Positions 51,052 through 63,949 of a DNA stretch of 63,949 nt are shown piece after piece (position 1 is the first letter of the stretch; every line of letters begins with the position of its first letter). The DNA is from Octopus bimaculoides (lineage: Eukaryota): the NCBI RefSeq assembly GCF_001194135.2, contig NC_068994.1, positions 2,066,391 to 2,130,339 of the forward strand, read 5' to 3'. Position numbers and translations under genes: made by a program. The notes below the pieces were generated by a model. That model was not told the origin of the DNA. It saw only the letters and a list, made by a program, of their open reading frames with translations, and did not search any database.

Positions 51052-52249
51052 ATATATGTGTGTGTATATATATATGTATATATGTGTGTGTGTGTGTGTA
51101 CATATATATATATATTTGTGTGTGAGTGTGTATATATATATATTTGTGTGTGTGTGTGCATATATATATATATGTATGTAGTATATGTATGTGTGTGTGT
51201 ATATATATGTGTGTGTGTGTATGCACAAAGATATGTACATATATGTATGGTTTGTGTGTGCGTGCATGTAGTGGTATGTTTGAATGCATGGAAGGGTATG
51301 TGTATGTGTATGCATGCATGTTTGTATGTGTGCGTGTATACGTGTATTTGTGTTTGAGAGCTTCTTTAATGTGCTTGCATGTGTGAGCGCGTGTTTCTTC
51401 TTTATTTCTGTATGTGTGTGTGTGTACATATACGCATGTGTGTGTGATTAGAAAGAAAAAAAGAAACATTTAAAACTAAGATATTTTGAAAAACGGAAAT
51501 TTCTGTTTTTTCATCATTTTTTTCAAGTCATTTCAACATTTTACTTGCATGGGGAGAGGGGAGAGGTTGTAGTAGGCTGTGGTAGTTTACGGTGGTACAG
51601 AGTGGTGTAGGGGGTGGTGGAGGTGGTGACGAAGTGAGGTAGGAGCGAGGAAGGGGTGTTGGTGGGGGGAAGAAGGGGAATAGAGAAATGAAAGTAGAAG
51701 TGGGGCGAAGGGGTGGGAGATGTAATATAAGGATGAAGGAAAAGAAATGAACAGAAGTGGATGTGGGGGTGAGGGGAGGGAGTGAAGATTACCTTACACC
51801 ACCACCACCACCATTACCACCACCACAACCACCACCACCACCATCACCACTAACAGAACTGCCACCAACGCTACTCCCCCCCACCACCACCACCATTTCC
51901 TCCCACCATTGTAAAGCCGTCAGTGAGTGACATTTACCAGTATGCCATCATGCATCACTGATGGTCTCTCACAACGGTCAGCTATTGATGGACACAACTG
52001 ACCAACACATTCAGCCATTGTTGGACCAAACTGGATCAATAATCTACACATAGTTATGTGTGTGTATGGTAGGGGGCGCTGCTTCACTAAATGCTGGACA
52101 TCTGATCACATGGTCTATGACGTCACTGCTTCAGGTTTTTTTATTTTGGCCTTGATTGGTCCACACATTCTTGTTGCCATAGGAGACCACTGGACAAAGG
52201 GTGTAGTAGTAGTAGTAGTAGTAGTAGTGTTTGTGGTGGTAGCTATTGT

Positions 52250-52850
52250 TGCTGTTTAGCCCCCAGGCTGGCACTGACCTTCTATAGCTATAAACAAAGA
52301 CATTCCAGGCATGACCCACACCTCAGTCATTTATCCAGACAGTTTATTTATTCATTATCTAATGTTATTCTTCATGCTTTAAGATTTGAGAATGGTTTGG
52401 CTGTTATTTCTTGTATGCAAAAGTTCCCACATTGGCTAATGGTGTTGCAGATGATGATGATGTGGGTGTTGGCTTTGTTTAGCCCAAGGTCAGTCCCTCA
52501 GCAAACATGATAACTAAAGATGTTCCAGTTATGACCATCCCATCTGCTCATACATCAACCACTACATTGTCCAGTGCATTCTATAATTAGCACAAGGTGT
52601 AGGTAAACAGGACTTGACTGCTATTTCTTGCAAGTTGAGTTAATGAGAAAGAATCTCAGTAGTCACTTGATATGTTAGAAACAGTAGCCAAACCTCTGAC
52701 AAATTACATTTCAAAATCTTAAAAATAGAAATCATTAAATTATAAAATCCTGAATATACAAAGCAACAGTAGGATAGTCATGACTGGGCTGTCTTTGATC
52801 ATAGGTCTGCTTAGTGAGGGCTGACCTGGGGCTAAATAGCCACAACAACA
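52250..52850. mobile_element. Cluster of three family D copies (two in one orientation, one inverted)
   Basis: gtttagccccaggc (about 52254), gtttagcccaaggtc (about 52478) and gggctgacctggggctaaat (about 52820-52838). Confidence 0.7.
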
Positions 52851-53049
52851 TATTGGCTCAATATTGATAATGTTGCTAATTTCCATATACAGTCATTGAT
52901 CTCGCTCTCTAAACCTTCTTCATTCCACTCCTTGTTAGGGTTTCAACTAAACCCCTACAGAGACACAACCTGTGTGTTAATGGCTATAAACCTACTTTTA
53001 ACATTTACTCTACGTTTCATCACTAATTTAACATTGTCTAGTATTTTGT

Positions 53050-53115
53050 TCTCTTCTGAAGCATTCGTTTTATGTTGCTGGCATGGATGGGTTGGTAGGC
53101 GATTTCTTCCTAGTC
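53050..53115 (-). mobile_element. Family B 3' fragment
   Basis: atgttgctggcatggatgggttgg. Confidence 0.45.
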
Positions 53116-53393
53116 AATGCTTCAGGGTCACCAATGTCTGGTTAATGAAATTTCATTGATGGAAACTGTGATGAAGCCCATCACAAATGTCCTTTATCAG
53201 TTTTATCGCTGATACATTTATCTATAATTATATCGCTGTTTATACTTATACCTCCATCTCTCTCTCGCCTTCTCCCCCTATTTCTGTCACCCTTCCTCTT
53301 CCTCTTTCTTCCTCTCTCCCTCTCTCTCTCTCTTTGTATATATGTGTGTGTGTTTGTATGAGTGAGTTCACTGCCATCTGTATATATATATAT

Positions 53394-53577
53394 AGGCACA
53401 GGCGTGGCTGGGTGGTAAGTAGCTTGCTTCCCAACCACATGGTTCCGGGTTCAGTCTCAGTCCCAGTCCCAGTCCCACTAAGTGGCACCTTAGGCAAGTG
53501 TCTTCTACTATAGCCTTGGGCTGACCAAAACCTTGTGAGTGGATTTAGTAGACGGAAACTGAAAGCAGCCCATCGTA
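53394..53577 (+). mobile_element. SINE family A 5' half with a local CAGTCC triplication
   Basis: ggcgtggctgggtggtaagtagc...ttcagtctcagtcccagtcccagtcccact. Confidence 0.85.
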
Positions 53578-54143
53578 TATATATATATATATATATATAT
53601 GTCCATCTCTATATATTTATATACCTCAATCTCTATATATTTATATACCCCTAATTTCTCTGACAATAGATCCTTGTACTCCAGTCCCAAGAAAAACCAG
53701 AACTTTGCAATATACTATACCCTTCCTTGCTTTTAATAATAGACCCACCTGTCAATTACAATTCTTCTAATTCTATTAAACATATCAATATACATCTATA
53801 TACACGAGGAGGAAAAGCAGAAGAGACAAGGCATCACTCTGAATGACTCCTCCTCCCCCCCCCCTCTGCAATCAACCTCCACATATTGCCAGCCTGCTGA
53901 GCTGTCTCCTTGCTTATTATTCACCAATATGAAATCAAACCAATGACATTTTTGTAATCAATCCATGACACTGTGAAATGCAGAGACGATGCTTCATACA
54001 ATCTTGGAATATAAATTTATCAATCAGTAATTGGTCTTTATGGCTGAGTCTCTACCTTCGGCATTCTTTCTGCTCTGCTGGTAATATAGCCTGGCTAGAT
54101 ACGCACGCACGCATGCACACACACACACATATACATGTGTGTC

Positions 54144-54187
<44 letters not shown>

Positions 54188-54390
54188 ACTAACACATACA
54201 TGTATACATGCACACATGCATATGCAGGCATATATGCACACATTCATATATATATCTACATATGCGTATGTGTGTGTGTGTATGTATACACATACATACA
54301 TGCATATATACATGTATGCATATATAAATACAAATATACATATATATATATATATATACGTATATGTATATATACATATATACATATATA

Positions 54391-54430
<40 letters not shown>

Positions 54431-55969
54431 CATATATGTGTATACGTACATATATATGTACGTATAATGTATTAAATATATTCACACACACATACATATA
54501 TATACATATGTGTGTTTGCGTGTGTGTGTCTGTGAGTACATAAACATCATCAGACCAATCCAATACAAATTTCCTCTTTCTCTCCCTCTTCCCATCCCTC
54601 CTACCCCCTCAGTATATCTGATGACTATGTTGGCGTGTTTAAAAGGCAACCCCACTATTGTTATTGTTTTCGTTATGGATGAAGACTGAGTCACGTTGTG
54701 GAGTTCATGCCTTCACCTTTGTCTTGTTATTTTCATGCTGACCTCAAATGTACTCAGATGCCCTCACCCCAGTCCTCACCCAATGTCACCAAGATAAATG
54801 GTTTGGTACTGTGTTCCTGCCATCATGATATTTCCACAGTGTGGTAGGGGTGCTGAACAGAGGCCCCTTTTGTATAGAAGTCCCTATATCTCAGATAGAA
54901 ATGGCCTCTTGGATGATATCCATTCTCAAGTTGGCACTATTGCAGACCTTAGGGATGTGATCACTGTCCTATCAGCACATATAACCAAGCTGCCGTAGGG
55001 AACACTTATAGGTTGTGGTGGTGGTGGTGGTGGTTGTCGTCATCGTCGTGATGGTGGTTGGCGGCAGCGGCGGCGTCATCGATGTAGTGGTCGTCGTCAT
55101 GGTTGTGGTGGTGGCGGTGGTGACGTTGATCATTAGAAAAAGGGTTGATTATTGATTCTATTGATTTACCAAAATTAGGTCTCAGCCATGGTTGGAATAC
55201 TCTGCGTAATAATGAAATCTGATTGCTGACCATTTCTTATGGTTTCCACCATTTTTCTCTGACCATTTACCAATTCTGTTATTGCCGTTGTTGTTGTTGG
55301 GGTCCCAACCTTGCTCCCTAATAACAGCTCAATTGTTCAGTANNNNNNNNNNNNNNNNNNNNNNNNNNNNNNNNNNNNNNNNNNNNNNNNNNNNNNNNNN
55401 NNNNNNNNNNNNNNNNNNNNNNNNNNNNNNNNNNNNNNNNNNNNNNNNNNNNNNNNNNNNNNNNNNNNNNNNNNNNNNNNNNNNNNNNNNNNNNNNNNNN
55501 NNNNNNNNNNNNNNNNNNNNNNNNNNNNNNNNNNNNNNNNNNNNNNNNNNNNNNNNNNNNNNNNNNNNNNNNNNNNNNNNNNNNNNNNNNNNNNNNNNNN
55601 NNNNNNNNNNNNNNNNNNNNNNNNNNNNNNNNNNNNNNNNNNNNNNNNNNNNNNNNNNNNNNNNNNNNNNNNNNNNNNNNNNNNNNNNNNNNNNNNNNNN
55701 NNNNNNNNNNNNNNNNNNNNNNNNNNNNNNNNNNNNNNNNNNNNNNNNNNNNNNNNNNNNNNNNNNNNNNNNNNNNNNNNNNNNNNNNNNNNNNNNNNNN
55801 NNNNNNNNNNNNNNNNNNNNNNNNNNNNNNNNNNNNNNNNNNNNNNNNNNNNNNNNNNNNNNNNNNNNNNNNNNNNNNNNNNNNNNNNNNNNNNNNNNNN
55901 NNNNNNNNNNNNNNNNNNNNNNNNNNNNNNNNNNNNNNNNNNNNNNNNNNNNNNNNNNNNNNNNNNNNN

Positions 55970-56025
<56 letters not shown>

Positions 56026-56754
56026 GCACACATATTATATATATATATACATTACTGCAATATACTCACAACATTGTATCTGATTCCACTCCAACCTTAT
56101 TATGTCGACTGTTTTACCGTTTCTTATTTCTTTCCATTCCACTATTTTTCTCCAACAATGTCCTCTCCCCCCCCCCCTCTTTTGTTGTCACTATTTTATG
56201 ATTCCTGCAGGGTTAATTTGTCTGATCTGTCTTCCTAATTGCTTCCTTCGCAATATTTTCTTTACCATTCCTCTACTTTACGTTTATTTCCTTATTTTTT
56301 CCATTATTCCTTGCTGGTCTTCTCTATAATCTATTTGTGTAATTTCGTCTTTACAACTGTGCTGCTGTTACTGCTGCTGCTGTTACTGCTGCTGCTGTTG
56401 GTGTTGTTCTTGGTGTTGGTGGTGGTGGTGTGTGTGTGTGTTTCTCTCTCCTACACCAAAGTCTGTTAATAAATTATGTTCACCAATTACCCCTAAACTG
56501 GTCAGATATTCTTTGTTGTTTTGCCTTGAAGAATCCTTTCTATTGCCAAGCTTTGAACATTCCTTTTTGTTCCGATTATTTCCAATGCGACACCACTTTC
56601 ATCCATAGATTCCCTCAATATTGAACAGCAATTCCTTCCATAAACTCAATGCCTTAAATTTGGTAAAATGATGGTGTTGGGGTGGGGTGGGGGTGCTGGG
56701 GAATTATTGGCGTAGTTGATGCCATCAACCTAACTATTTAAGTAATACTTTTGC

Positions 56755-56850
56755 TATTGACCCAGGAGGGGTAAAAGATAGAATTGACTCTAAACAGATT
56801 TGAACTCAGAACACAAAGAGAAATAGATAAATACTTCAATGTATCTGTTG
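56755..56850 (-). mobile_element. SINE family C fragment
   Basis: attgacccagg...atttgaactcagaac. Confidence 0.55.
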
Positions 56851-57164
56851 CTCGACTGGTTCAATCAATTTTATGTCATGATCTGCCAATTCTACCTCCA
56901 CCACCACCACCTTCATCTCCTTTTCTACCATCAACCATCACTGCCCTCTTCTCCACCTTCTGCCATTTCTACCATCTTCCACCACCATCTCCACCCTTCC
57001 CTCCTCCTTCTACCAACTCTACCATCTACTACCACCACCACCCTCCTCTCCCTCTTCAACCATCTACCACTGACTCACCTTCTGCCAATGAAATCTCTGT
57101 CCTATTCCAGTAATACATTTACAGCAGCAATAATAAAAGAGACATTGATTTTGTTAATGTTCAG

Positions 57165-57330
57165 CCCTAGGCTAGCACCGACTGAGAAAGCCCAGAGGTT
57201 GACAACTCCAGTAATGACCATCCAATCCAAGTTTCTTTTCACAATCACTGTATCATGCTCTTTATGCAATGTACCCATTTTTCATGAGAATAAATTGCTT
57301 TGGGGGAGATTTAACTGCTATTTCTAACTG
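57165..57330. mobile_element. Family D
   Basis: ttcagccctaggctagc...atgaccatcc...ggagatttaactgctatttcta. Confidence 0.6.
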
Positions 57331-57534
57331 CTGAAGAAATCGTGTTGTGGCGTGTAAAGTTGACACGCTGAACATGCAAAGTGAAATTGTAGAATGTGCC
57401 GAATGTGAAGTGAGTGGCATCAGAAAATGGTAAGTGTAAGATAACTGGAATCAGACAAATCAGTGTTTCCATATTTTGTGTAATGAGGAAATAATATCTA
57501 ATTAATGAATTGTTTCTAATTGAGTGTGCGTGTG

Positions 57535-57690
57535 TGTGTTTAAGTCCGCCATAACTTAGCAGTTCAGCAAAAGAGACTGATAGAATTGGTATCAGGCTTT
57601 ACAAAAATACGATAAGTGCTGCAGTTGATTCATTTGATCAAACATTCTTCAAGGCAGTGCCCCAGCATGGCCGTAGTAAAAGAATAAAAC
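57535..57690 (+). mobile_element. SINE family A 3' half
   Basis: ataacttagcagttcagcaaaagagactgatagaa...gtgccccagcatggcc. Confidence 0.8.
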
Positions 57691-57759
57691 ATTATGATTG
57701 ACAGGTTTTACAATGTGATTGGTCACTAAACAAATTATTGATTTCTTTCTATTAAATTA

Positions 57760-57900
57760 CAGAACCTCAAAGTGAAGGAGGGGGGGGGGGGGGTTCTGAT
57801 CAATTATATTGATACTTTAGTTTTATTTTATTGACCCCTTGAGAGATGAAAGACAAGGCTGACCTCATTGGGATTTGAACTCAGAACTTAAAGAGCCATA
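57760..57900 (-). mobile_element. SINE family C
   Basis: ttattgacccc...gacctcattgggatttgaactcagaac. Confidence 0.6.
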
Positions 57901-58325
57901 ACAAGGGTAATTACTGCTACTAATTAACTACCACATAGATATTGTTTTATATAAGAAATTATTTAATTAGGTAGCTGTGTGTGTGTGTGTGTGTGTGTGT
58001 GACAGACACGGATTGACTAAGTGTGAAAAATTAGAGAAAGATAGGTAAAAATGGTCTTTTACAGTTTGGAAATGGCCCAAATAGTTCCATCAATAATTCT
58101 TCTTCGAATATAACGATCTTTAATAATTGACAATGTGAGATTTCCTGAGGAGATCAACCTTATTGATTGGCTGTAATGTGTTTAGAAACTCTATCTATAC
58201 ATACATATATACACATGTGTGTATACACACACAAACATATATATACATACATCTATGTGCGTTTATAAATATATGGATGTAACTATCTATAATACATATA
58301 TATACACATATATATGCATATATAC

Positions 58326-58425
<100 letters not shown>

Positions 58426-58829
58426 TTTATATATATATACACACACGTATACATATATCTCATAATAAGAGTTGTGTATTAAAATTTATGTATCACCAGT
58501 CACTCCTCAGCCAGCCCCCTTCAACACCCCCCCCATTTCTGCAACCATCACCAATTCTCCCCCTCTTCCCTACCCCCTCCTTACTCATCATTCCTCAACA
58601 CATTCTTCATTCTATTCAACCTCCCACCCATTCTCTTTAACTCCAACCATTTCTCTCCTCCCCCTCCCACATACCCTCTTCCAACCTCTCCGCTTTCACA
58701 CCCACACTTCCTGTTCTTCTGTTCACCTCATACCTCCAGGGTCCACCCTGATACCTCATCAGCCCTTTTTTTTTTATCTCTTTCCATTTCTACCCTGGCC
58801 ACCTCTCTTTTATACTGTGAGTTGTTGTG

Positions 58830-59230
58830 TAGCTCCCCAGTAACAAGAAACCAGGGGGGCTCTGGCCATCCCTGATCTCTCAAAAGTTTAACGCTTCATC
58901 CCTTAGCATAACTCTTCTTCCCTCTCTACAGTGACCCTTGCAAGGTGCATGGCGACCACACATGCTGGTGCTGCATAAAAAGGGCACCCAGTACACTCTG
59001 TAGAGTGATTGGTGTTAGGAAGGGCATCCATCTATAGAAACCATGCCAAAACAGACATTAGGGGATCATGCAGCCCTTGAGCCCATCAGATCCTGTTGAA
59101 ACATGCCAGCATGGAAAGCTGGGTGTTAAATGAGATGGTGGCAGTGGNNNNNNNNNNNNNNNNGGGGGGGGGGGGGTGACGATCATCATCATCGTTTAAC
59201 ATCCACCTTCCATGCTAGTATGGGTGGGAT
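58830..59230. mobile_element. Long-form family B (+) followed across a small gap by an inverted family B tail (-)
   Basis: ttggtgttaggaagggcatcc...ccagcatggaaagc at 59000-59125; tttaacatccaccttccatgctagtatggg at about 59195-59224. Confidence 0.7.
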
Positions 59231-59289
59231 GATGATGATAATTATTTAGATTAACTATATCAATTAATTAATTAATAGACATTGAAATA

Positions 59290-59390
59290 TGTAATTACTG
59301 AGTTCAAATGTTGCCAACAATGACACCCCTCAGATCCTTCTGGGGTAAATAAGATAAAATACCAGTAATATACCCAGGTTGATTGAACTC
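59290..59390 (+). mobile_element. SINE family C fragment
   Basis: ctgagttcaaatgttgcc...ataagataaataccagt. Confidence 0.5.
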
Positions 59391-59439
59391 AAGTCCTTCC
59401 TTCCTCTTTGTGTGTATGTTGTTGTTGTTGTTGCTATTG

Positions 59440-59970
59440 TTGTTTGGTTACAGGACAGCTTTGAGCAAGTAGTCCTCTGATCGCAAACAGTCCAGCCATG
59501 ACCATCCTGTCTTTTATTATCCTACACTAAAAAACTTTATTTATTAAAGCAATAGTGTGTGATTTGAGAGAGATATTGGTTGCTATATCTAGCAGATTGA
59601 GTGATCATCTAGAGGCTTCCGTGATGCTGGGATGGAGGCATGGGGGGAGTCAATGAAACATGGTACTAGTCATATACTGGGGGATTATTTCTACGAATTA
59701 TACCCTACTCCACCTTGCCTTCTTTACCTCAAATATTTCAAACTATCAAGGGTGGATCTACCCTGCTCCAACACACACACACACACACACACACATATCA
59801 CATGCATCTTTGGTCTGTCTGTTAGGAATAACAGACAAATCATCCTCAAATTACTTATATCTTTCCATCTTAGATACAAAATATCCAAAAGGTGTGATAG
59901 TCATGGCTAGAACGCTCTTGATCATAGATCTTCTGGATCACAATTGATGTGGGGCTAAACAACAACTGCA
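59440..59970. mobile_element. Two family D copies in opposite orientation
   Basis: ccagccatgaccatcc...ttggttgctatatctagcag (59490-59600) and catggctagaacgctcttgatcatag...ggggctaaacaacaac (59900-59965). Confidence 0.6.
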
Positions 59971-60584
59971 TCTTCATCATCATCATCATCATCACCACCA
60001 CCACCACCAGCATCATCACCACCATCCTCTTCTTCCCCCTCATCATCCCCATCCCCACTATCATCAATACACCTTTATTTCATTGTTTATTATTCTTTTC
60101 CTTCATTTATTTTTTCATTTTGTCATATTTTCTAATCCAATTTTTAAAAAAATTTGTTTTTTTTTCCAAAAATTCTTCTTTTCCCAATTTCTAAATTTTT
60201 TTTTTTCTTCTTGCTTCCCAATATTTCTTTTATTTTTTCACACTCCCTTCCAACAGTAACACACTCTCTCTCTCTCTCACTCTGTCACTTTCTCTCTCTC
60301 TCTCTCTCTCTCTCTCCCTCTCTTTCTCTCTCCCTCGTTTATTACAGTCTCTGTTATTTCATAAATTCTTTAAACAAGAATGTTCTAGAAGACAATTCCA
60401 TGCAAGAATATTGTCTATTGGATTGTCAAACTCTAACTAGCTCAGTTTTCTGTCTACAACCGTTTCACTTAACAGGGTTAGGTGTGTGTACATGTGTGTG
60501 CATGTTTGTACATATGTATGTGTGTGTTTGTATATGTGTGTACGTATGTATGTATGTATGGTTGTATGTGTGTGTGTGGGTATG

Positions 60585-60672
<88 letters not shown>

Positions 60673-60871
60673 TGTATATGTGTGTATATTTACACACACA
60701 TATATGTGAATGACGTGAGTGTATTATATATATGCATACACATCTATATGTGTATGTCTTTACTGTAATATCTAGTTTATGCAGTGACTTGGCAGAATAT
60801 CAACCTGTGCATGCATTTATCTATCTTCCTACCATGTATGTGTCTAGCAACTAACTCTCTATCTCTGAATG

Positions 60872-60902
<31 letters not shown>

Positions 60903-60910
60903 CTATCCAA

Positions 60911-60956
60911 AACACCTGATGCAGGCTGGAGGGTATATCAGCCAAAATGTTGTGTT
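60911..60956 (+). ncRNA. Decayed minimal (dimer-type) hammerhead motif, probably in a Penelope-like terminal fragment running to about 61050
   Basis: aacac CTGATGC a ggctg/gagggtatat/cagcc AAAAT GTT gtgtt. Stems I and II are perfect; three core substitutions separate it from CTGATGA..GAAAC. Confidence 0.6.
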
Positions 60957-61129
60957 AACAACAAACAAGATAGGGACAAATATCCGTCAAATGTAAATAA
61001 TGTACATAAGGTACATAATTCCTCGTCTCTTAAATGTAGAACTGTATTGTCATTTACCAAAACTGTTTACCATAACAATCACAAGAAGAATCTAAGTAGT
61101 AAATTTTGGACTTTCTTGTGGGTCCATAA

Positions 61130-61600
61130 AAGATTTGGTCTAACTCATTTGTTCCATCTGGTCAAATTTACCATCATGGACTTACACATGACAGTCAGTA
61201 CCTGAGTGAATTACCTGAGACTTTCACCTGGAGAATTATTGCTCTCTGTTTGATTAAAATAATCATCCAGGGTTTGAGGGAGAGGGTTCTTCATAAAATA
61301 TGGCAAGGGGAACGTTTTTAAAACTCTAAGTCCATGAATAGGGCCAGTGAGATACGAAAGGTTTGAGGATATGAGAGGGCCCAGGATGTGTAAGTTTAGA
61401 TCAGTTGGTTAAGGGCCAATGTTGATATCTGATCTTGAGTTCACCAGTATGGCTAAGTCCATACTGGAGTATTGTATGACAGTGTGATGAGGAAGCAGAA
61501 AGAATTGTATGACTCCAGGTCATATTGTTCCTGTAAGAGATTAAATGGTGAAGTGGATATGCAGCTGTTTTTATTTGGACATCATTCTGTGGTTTAGATG
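61130..61600 (-). pseudogene. Possible very old mariner C-terminal remnant
   Basis: Faint motifs in order: LISYRNNMTWSHT (like ILHHDNARPHT), WALSYP..LA..D..F, LDDYF, HDGKF. By-eye similarity only. Confidence 0.3.
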
Positions 61601-62189
61601 TCTGATTCACAAACTTTCAATTCAAGATCAATTTGATAGTATATACAGAGGGCTTCTCACGAGAGTTCAAAACATTTAATGGGAGGGAAATTGTGCAGAA
61701 GCCTCTTATATACATACACGCATACATAGAGGTATACTACTACTGGTGCTTCTACTATAAGCATTGATGCAATTCACTACAAGTATTAAAGGTGGTACCC
61801 CAGCATGGCCACAACCCAATGTGTGAAACCAATAACAGAAGAACCAGGTGATGAGTTCAAACCCCACAGTCATCTTGTTTGTGTTTCAAACAGAATTATT
61901 TATTAAATATTTAATTACTGGCACCAGTAATTAGGGACCAGGTCAATGTGATTGTGTCTCAGACCACGGGTCTACCGTTCAGTCTTACCAGCTGACCACA
62001 GTCCACCGAACTATACCAGATCAATATCATTCTGTCTCACACTGGATGCCTAAGTTATCAGGGAAGACTTAAAATCTCCGTCAAATGAATTTTATAACAA
62101 ATTGCATTCAACTTTCGCTGTTATCTTCGTCTATCAATAAATATCCAGTTGTTATTCTTAAACTTACTTTAAAATGATAATGAACATCA

Positions 62190-62330
62190 CCACTGCTATC
62201 ATCATCATCATCATTTTAACATCCACTTTCCCATGCTTGCATGGATCAGGTGGAATTTGTCGAAGGGGATTTTCCACAGCTGGATACTCTTCCTGTCCCC
62301 CAAGCTTTATGTTTCTAAATAAGGTAATAT
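62190..62330 (-). mobile_element. Family B
   Basis: (atc)n ttttaacatccactttcccatgcttgcatggatc...acagctggatactcttcctg. Confidence 0.65.
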
Positions 62331-62774
62331 CCCCTCCACTCCCCTGCCTGGACTGGTTTCCCTGAAGATTGGAATCCAATCACACCATTTGCATTGCAGT
62401 GACACCCTTAACAGACAAAATATCATTTCCTGTACCCTATAATAAGTTATGGGGTCATTTAATAATTGTTGCTGAACCAACACTGTGATCCACTGCCCTC
62501 TACTTTGGTAAATGCTGTTTCTCAGCACTTTCGTATCGATACTTACTGACCAGTGATACATTGGTGACTGTTTCCTCTCAGTATGACCGTCACTCCTCCA
62601 TGGGTTGGCCTGGTGTTGAGTCAAATATTTATTGTTGCCGTGGTGACCATAAAATCCAATTTTCTATGTTGCATGTAGTGGAGATATCTCGTATGTAATA
62701 TCTTTATTGTTGAGCTGCACGTGATGTTTGATGTGTGTTCCTGCACAGAATCAGTACGATTTGTAGGATGGAGT

Positions 62775-62830
<56 letters not shown>

Positions 62831-63264
62831 CATATATATATTTATATATATGTATGTGTCCATAAGTCTACTACAGAAAATTAAACCTCCTCCTTACCTC
62901 TTTGTTCTTCACTGCTTTTTGTCGTATTTTCATTTTATTTTATTTCACCCTCCTCCTTTACCTTCCAAACCTGTTCTGCCAAAGGCGTTACCCTGTTGTC
63001 TTGTTACACACACACACACACNNNNNNNNNNNNNNNNNNNNNNNNNNNNNNNNNNNNNNNNNNNNNNNNNNNNNNNNNNNNNNNNNNNNNNNNNNNNNNN
63101 NNNNNNNNNNNNNNNNNNNNNNNNNNNNNNNNNNNNNNNNNNNNNNNNNNNNNNNNNNNNNNNNNNNNNNNNNNNNNNNNNNNNNNNNNNNNNNNNNNNN
63201 NNNNNNNNNNNNNNNNNNNNNNNNNNNNNNNTATATATATATATATATATATATATATTTACAT

Positions 63265-63306
<42 letters not shown>

Positions 63307-63689
63307 GTACATTCATATATACACACATACTGTCAGACATAACTTGTAGTTAGCCACTGTGTATATGTATGTGTGTGCGTGTGTGTGTGTGTGTGTAACA
63401 CTAATTATATATTGATATATTTATCAATATAGTAAATGTGATATAGGCTGTTTTGATCTTATCTACATGGCGTATCTATTTTGTTATGCCTCTCTCTCTC
63501 TCTCTCTTTTTCTCTCACTCTCTGTCTCTGTACTTTCATTAGACCAGACCATCAAACAGACGCTAGGTGAATACTGTTGGCTTATTTTGAGGCTGTTTTT
63601 TTAATATTTTTCATATGTTCCCTTTGATATTAGCTCAGAGACAAGAGCCAAGATATGATTTCATACGCATATATACGTACATACACATG

Positions 63690-63742
<53 letters not shown>

Positions 63743-63908
63743 GNNNNNNNNNNGTTGGTCATAGGTTATGTACAGTGGCATATTACACAAGTCATGCTTT
63801 ACATATACATATATGATGAACGAACAGTACAATGTCAAGACAACAGAGATACTTGGACACAAATTTTGAAGAACATATATAGACACACATGCATATACAT
63901 ATATATAT

Positions 63909-63949
<41 letters not shown>

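Noticed and set aside
55006-55233. His/Asp/Ala-rich ORF in a CpG-rich patch
   Set aside because: It is a degenerate triplet repeat with a non-ATG start and no convincing splice signals.
61444-61467. Perfect 9-bp hairpin ccagtatgg/ccatactgg
   Set aside because: Isolated; one such stem is plausible by chance in 64 kb.

Overview
AT-rich, microsatellite-saturated animal draft-assembly DNA with many N gaps. The protocadherin type and repeat landscape point to an octopus genome (inference). The only credible gene is a six-EC protocadherin on the minus strand: ATG at 5426, one giant exon 5455-3015, with its 5' and 3' partner exons unresolved. The other ~58 kb is simple repeats, four recurring SINE-like families (my labels A-D) and dead transposon remnants (mariner, Tc1-like, hAT, RTE-type LINE, Penelope-like). 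Best leads: (1) a Penelope-like remnant ending in a hammerhead ribozyme with an intact core (32193-32265, minus), plus a decayed dimer-type hammerhead at 60911-60956; (2) a fold-back with 108-bp arms inside a 14-bp direct repeat (29289-29612); (3) a mariner copy broken up over 9458-11755 whose antisense strand holds a candidate protocadherin 5' exon with a uORF; (4) loss of all three EC3-derived calcium motifs at the EC3-EC4 junction. Almost all other ORF-track entries are microsatellite or gap artefacts. All alignments were done by eye; no database searches were run.
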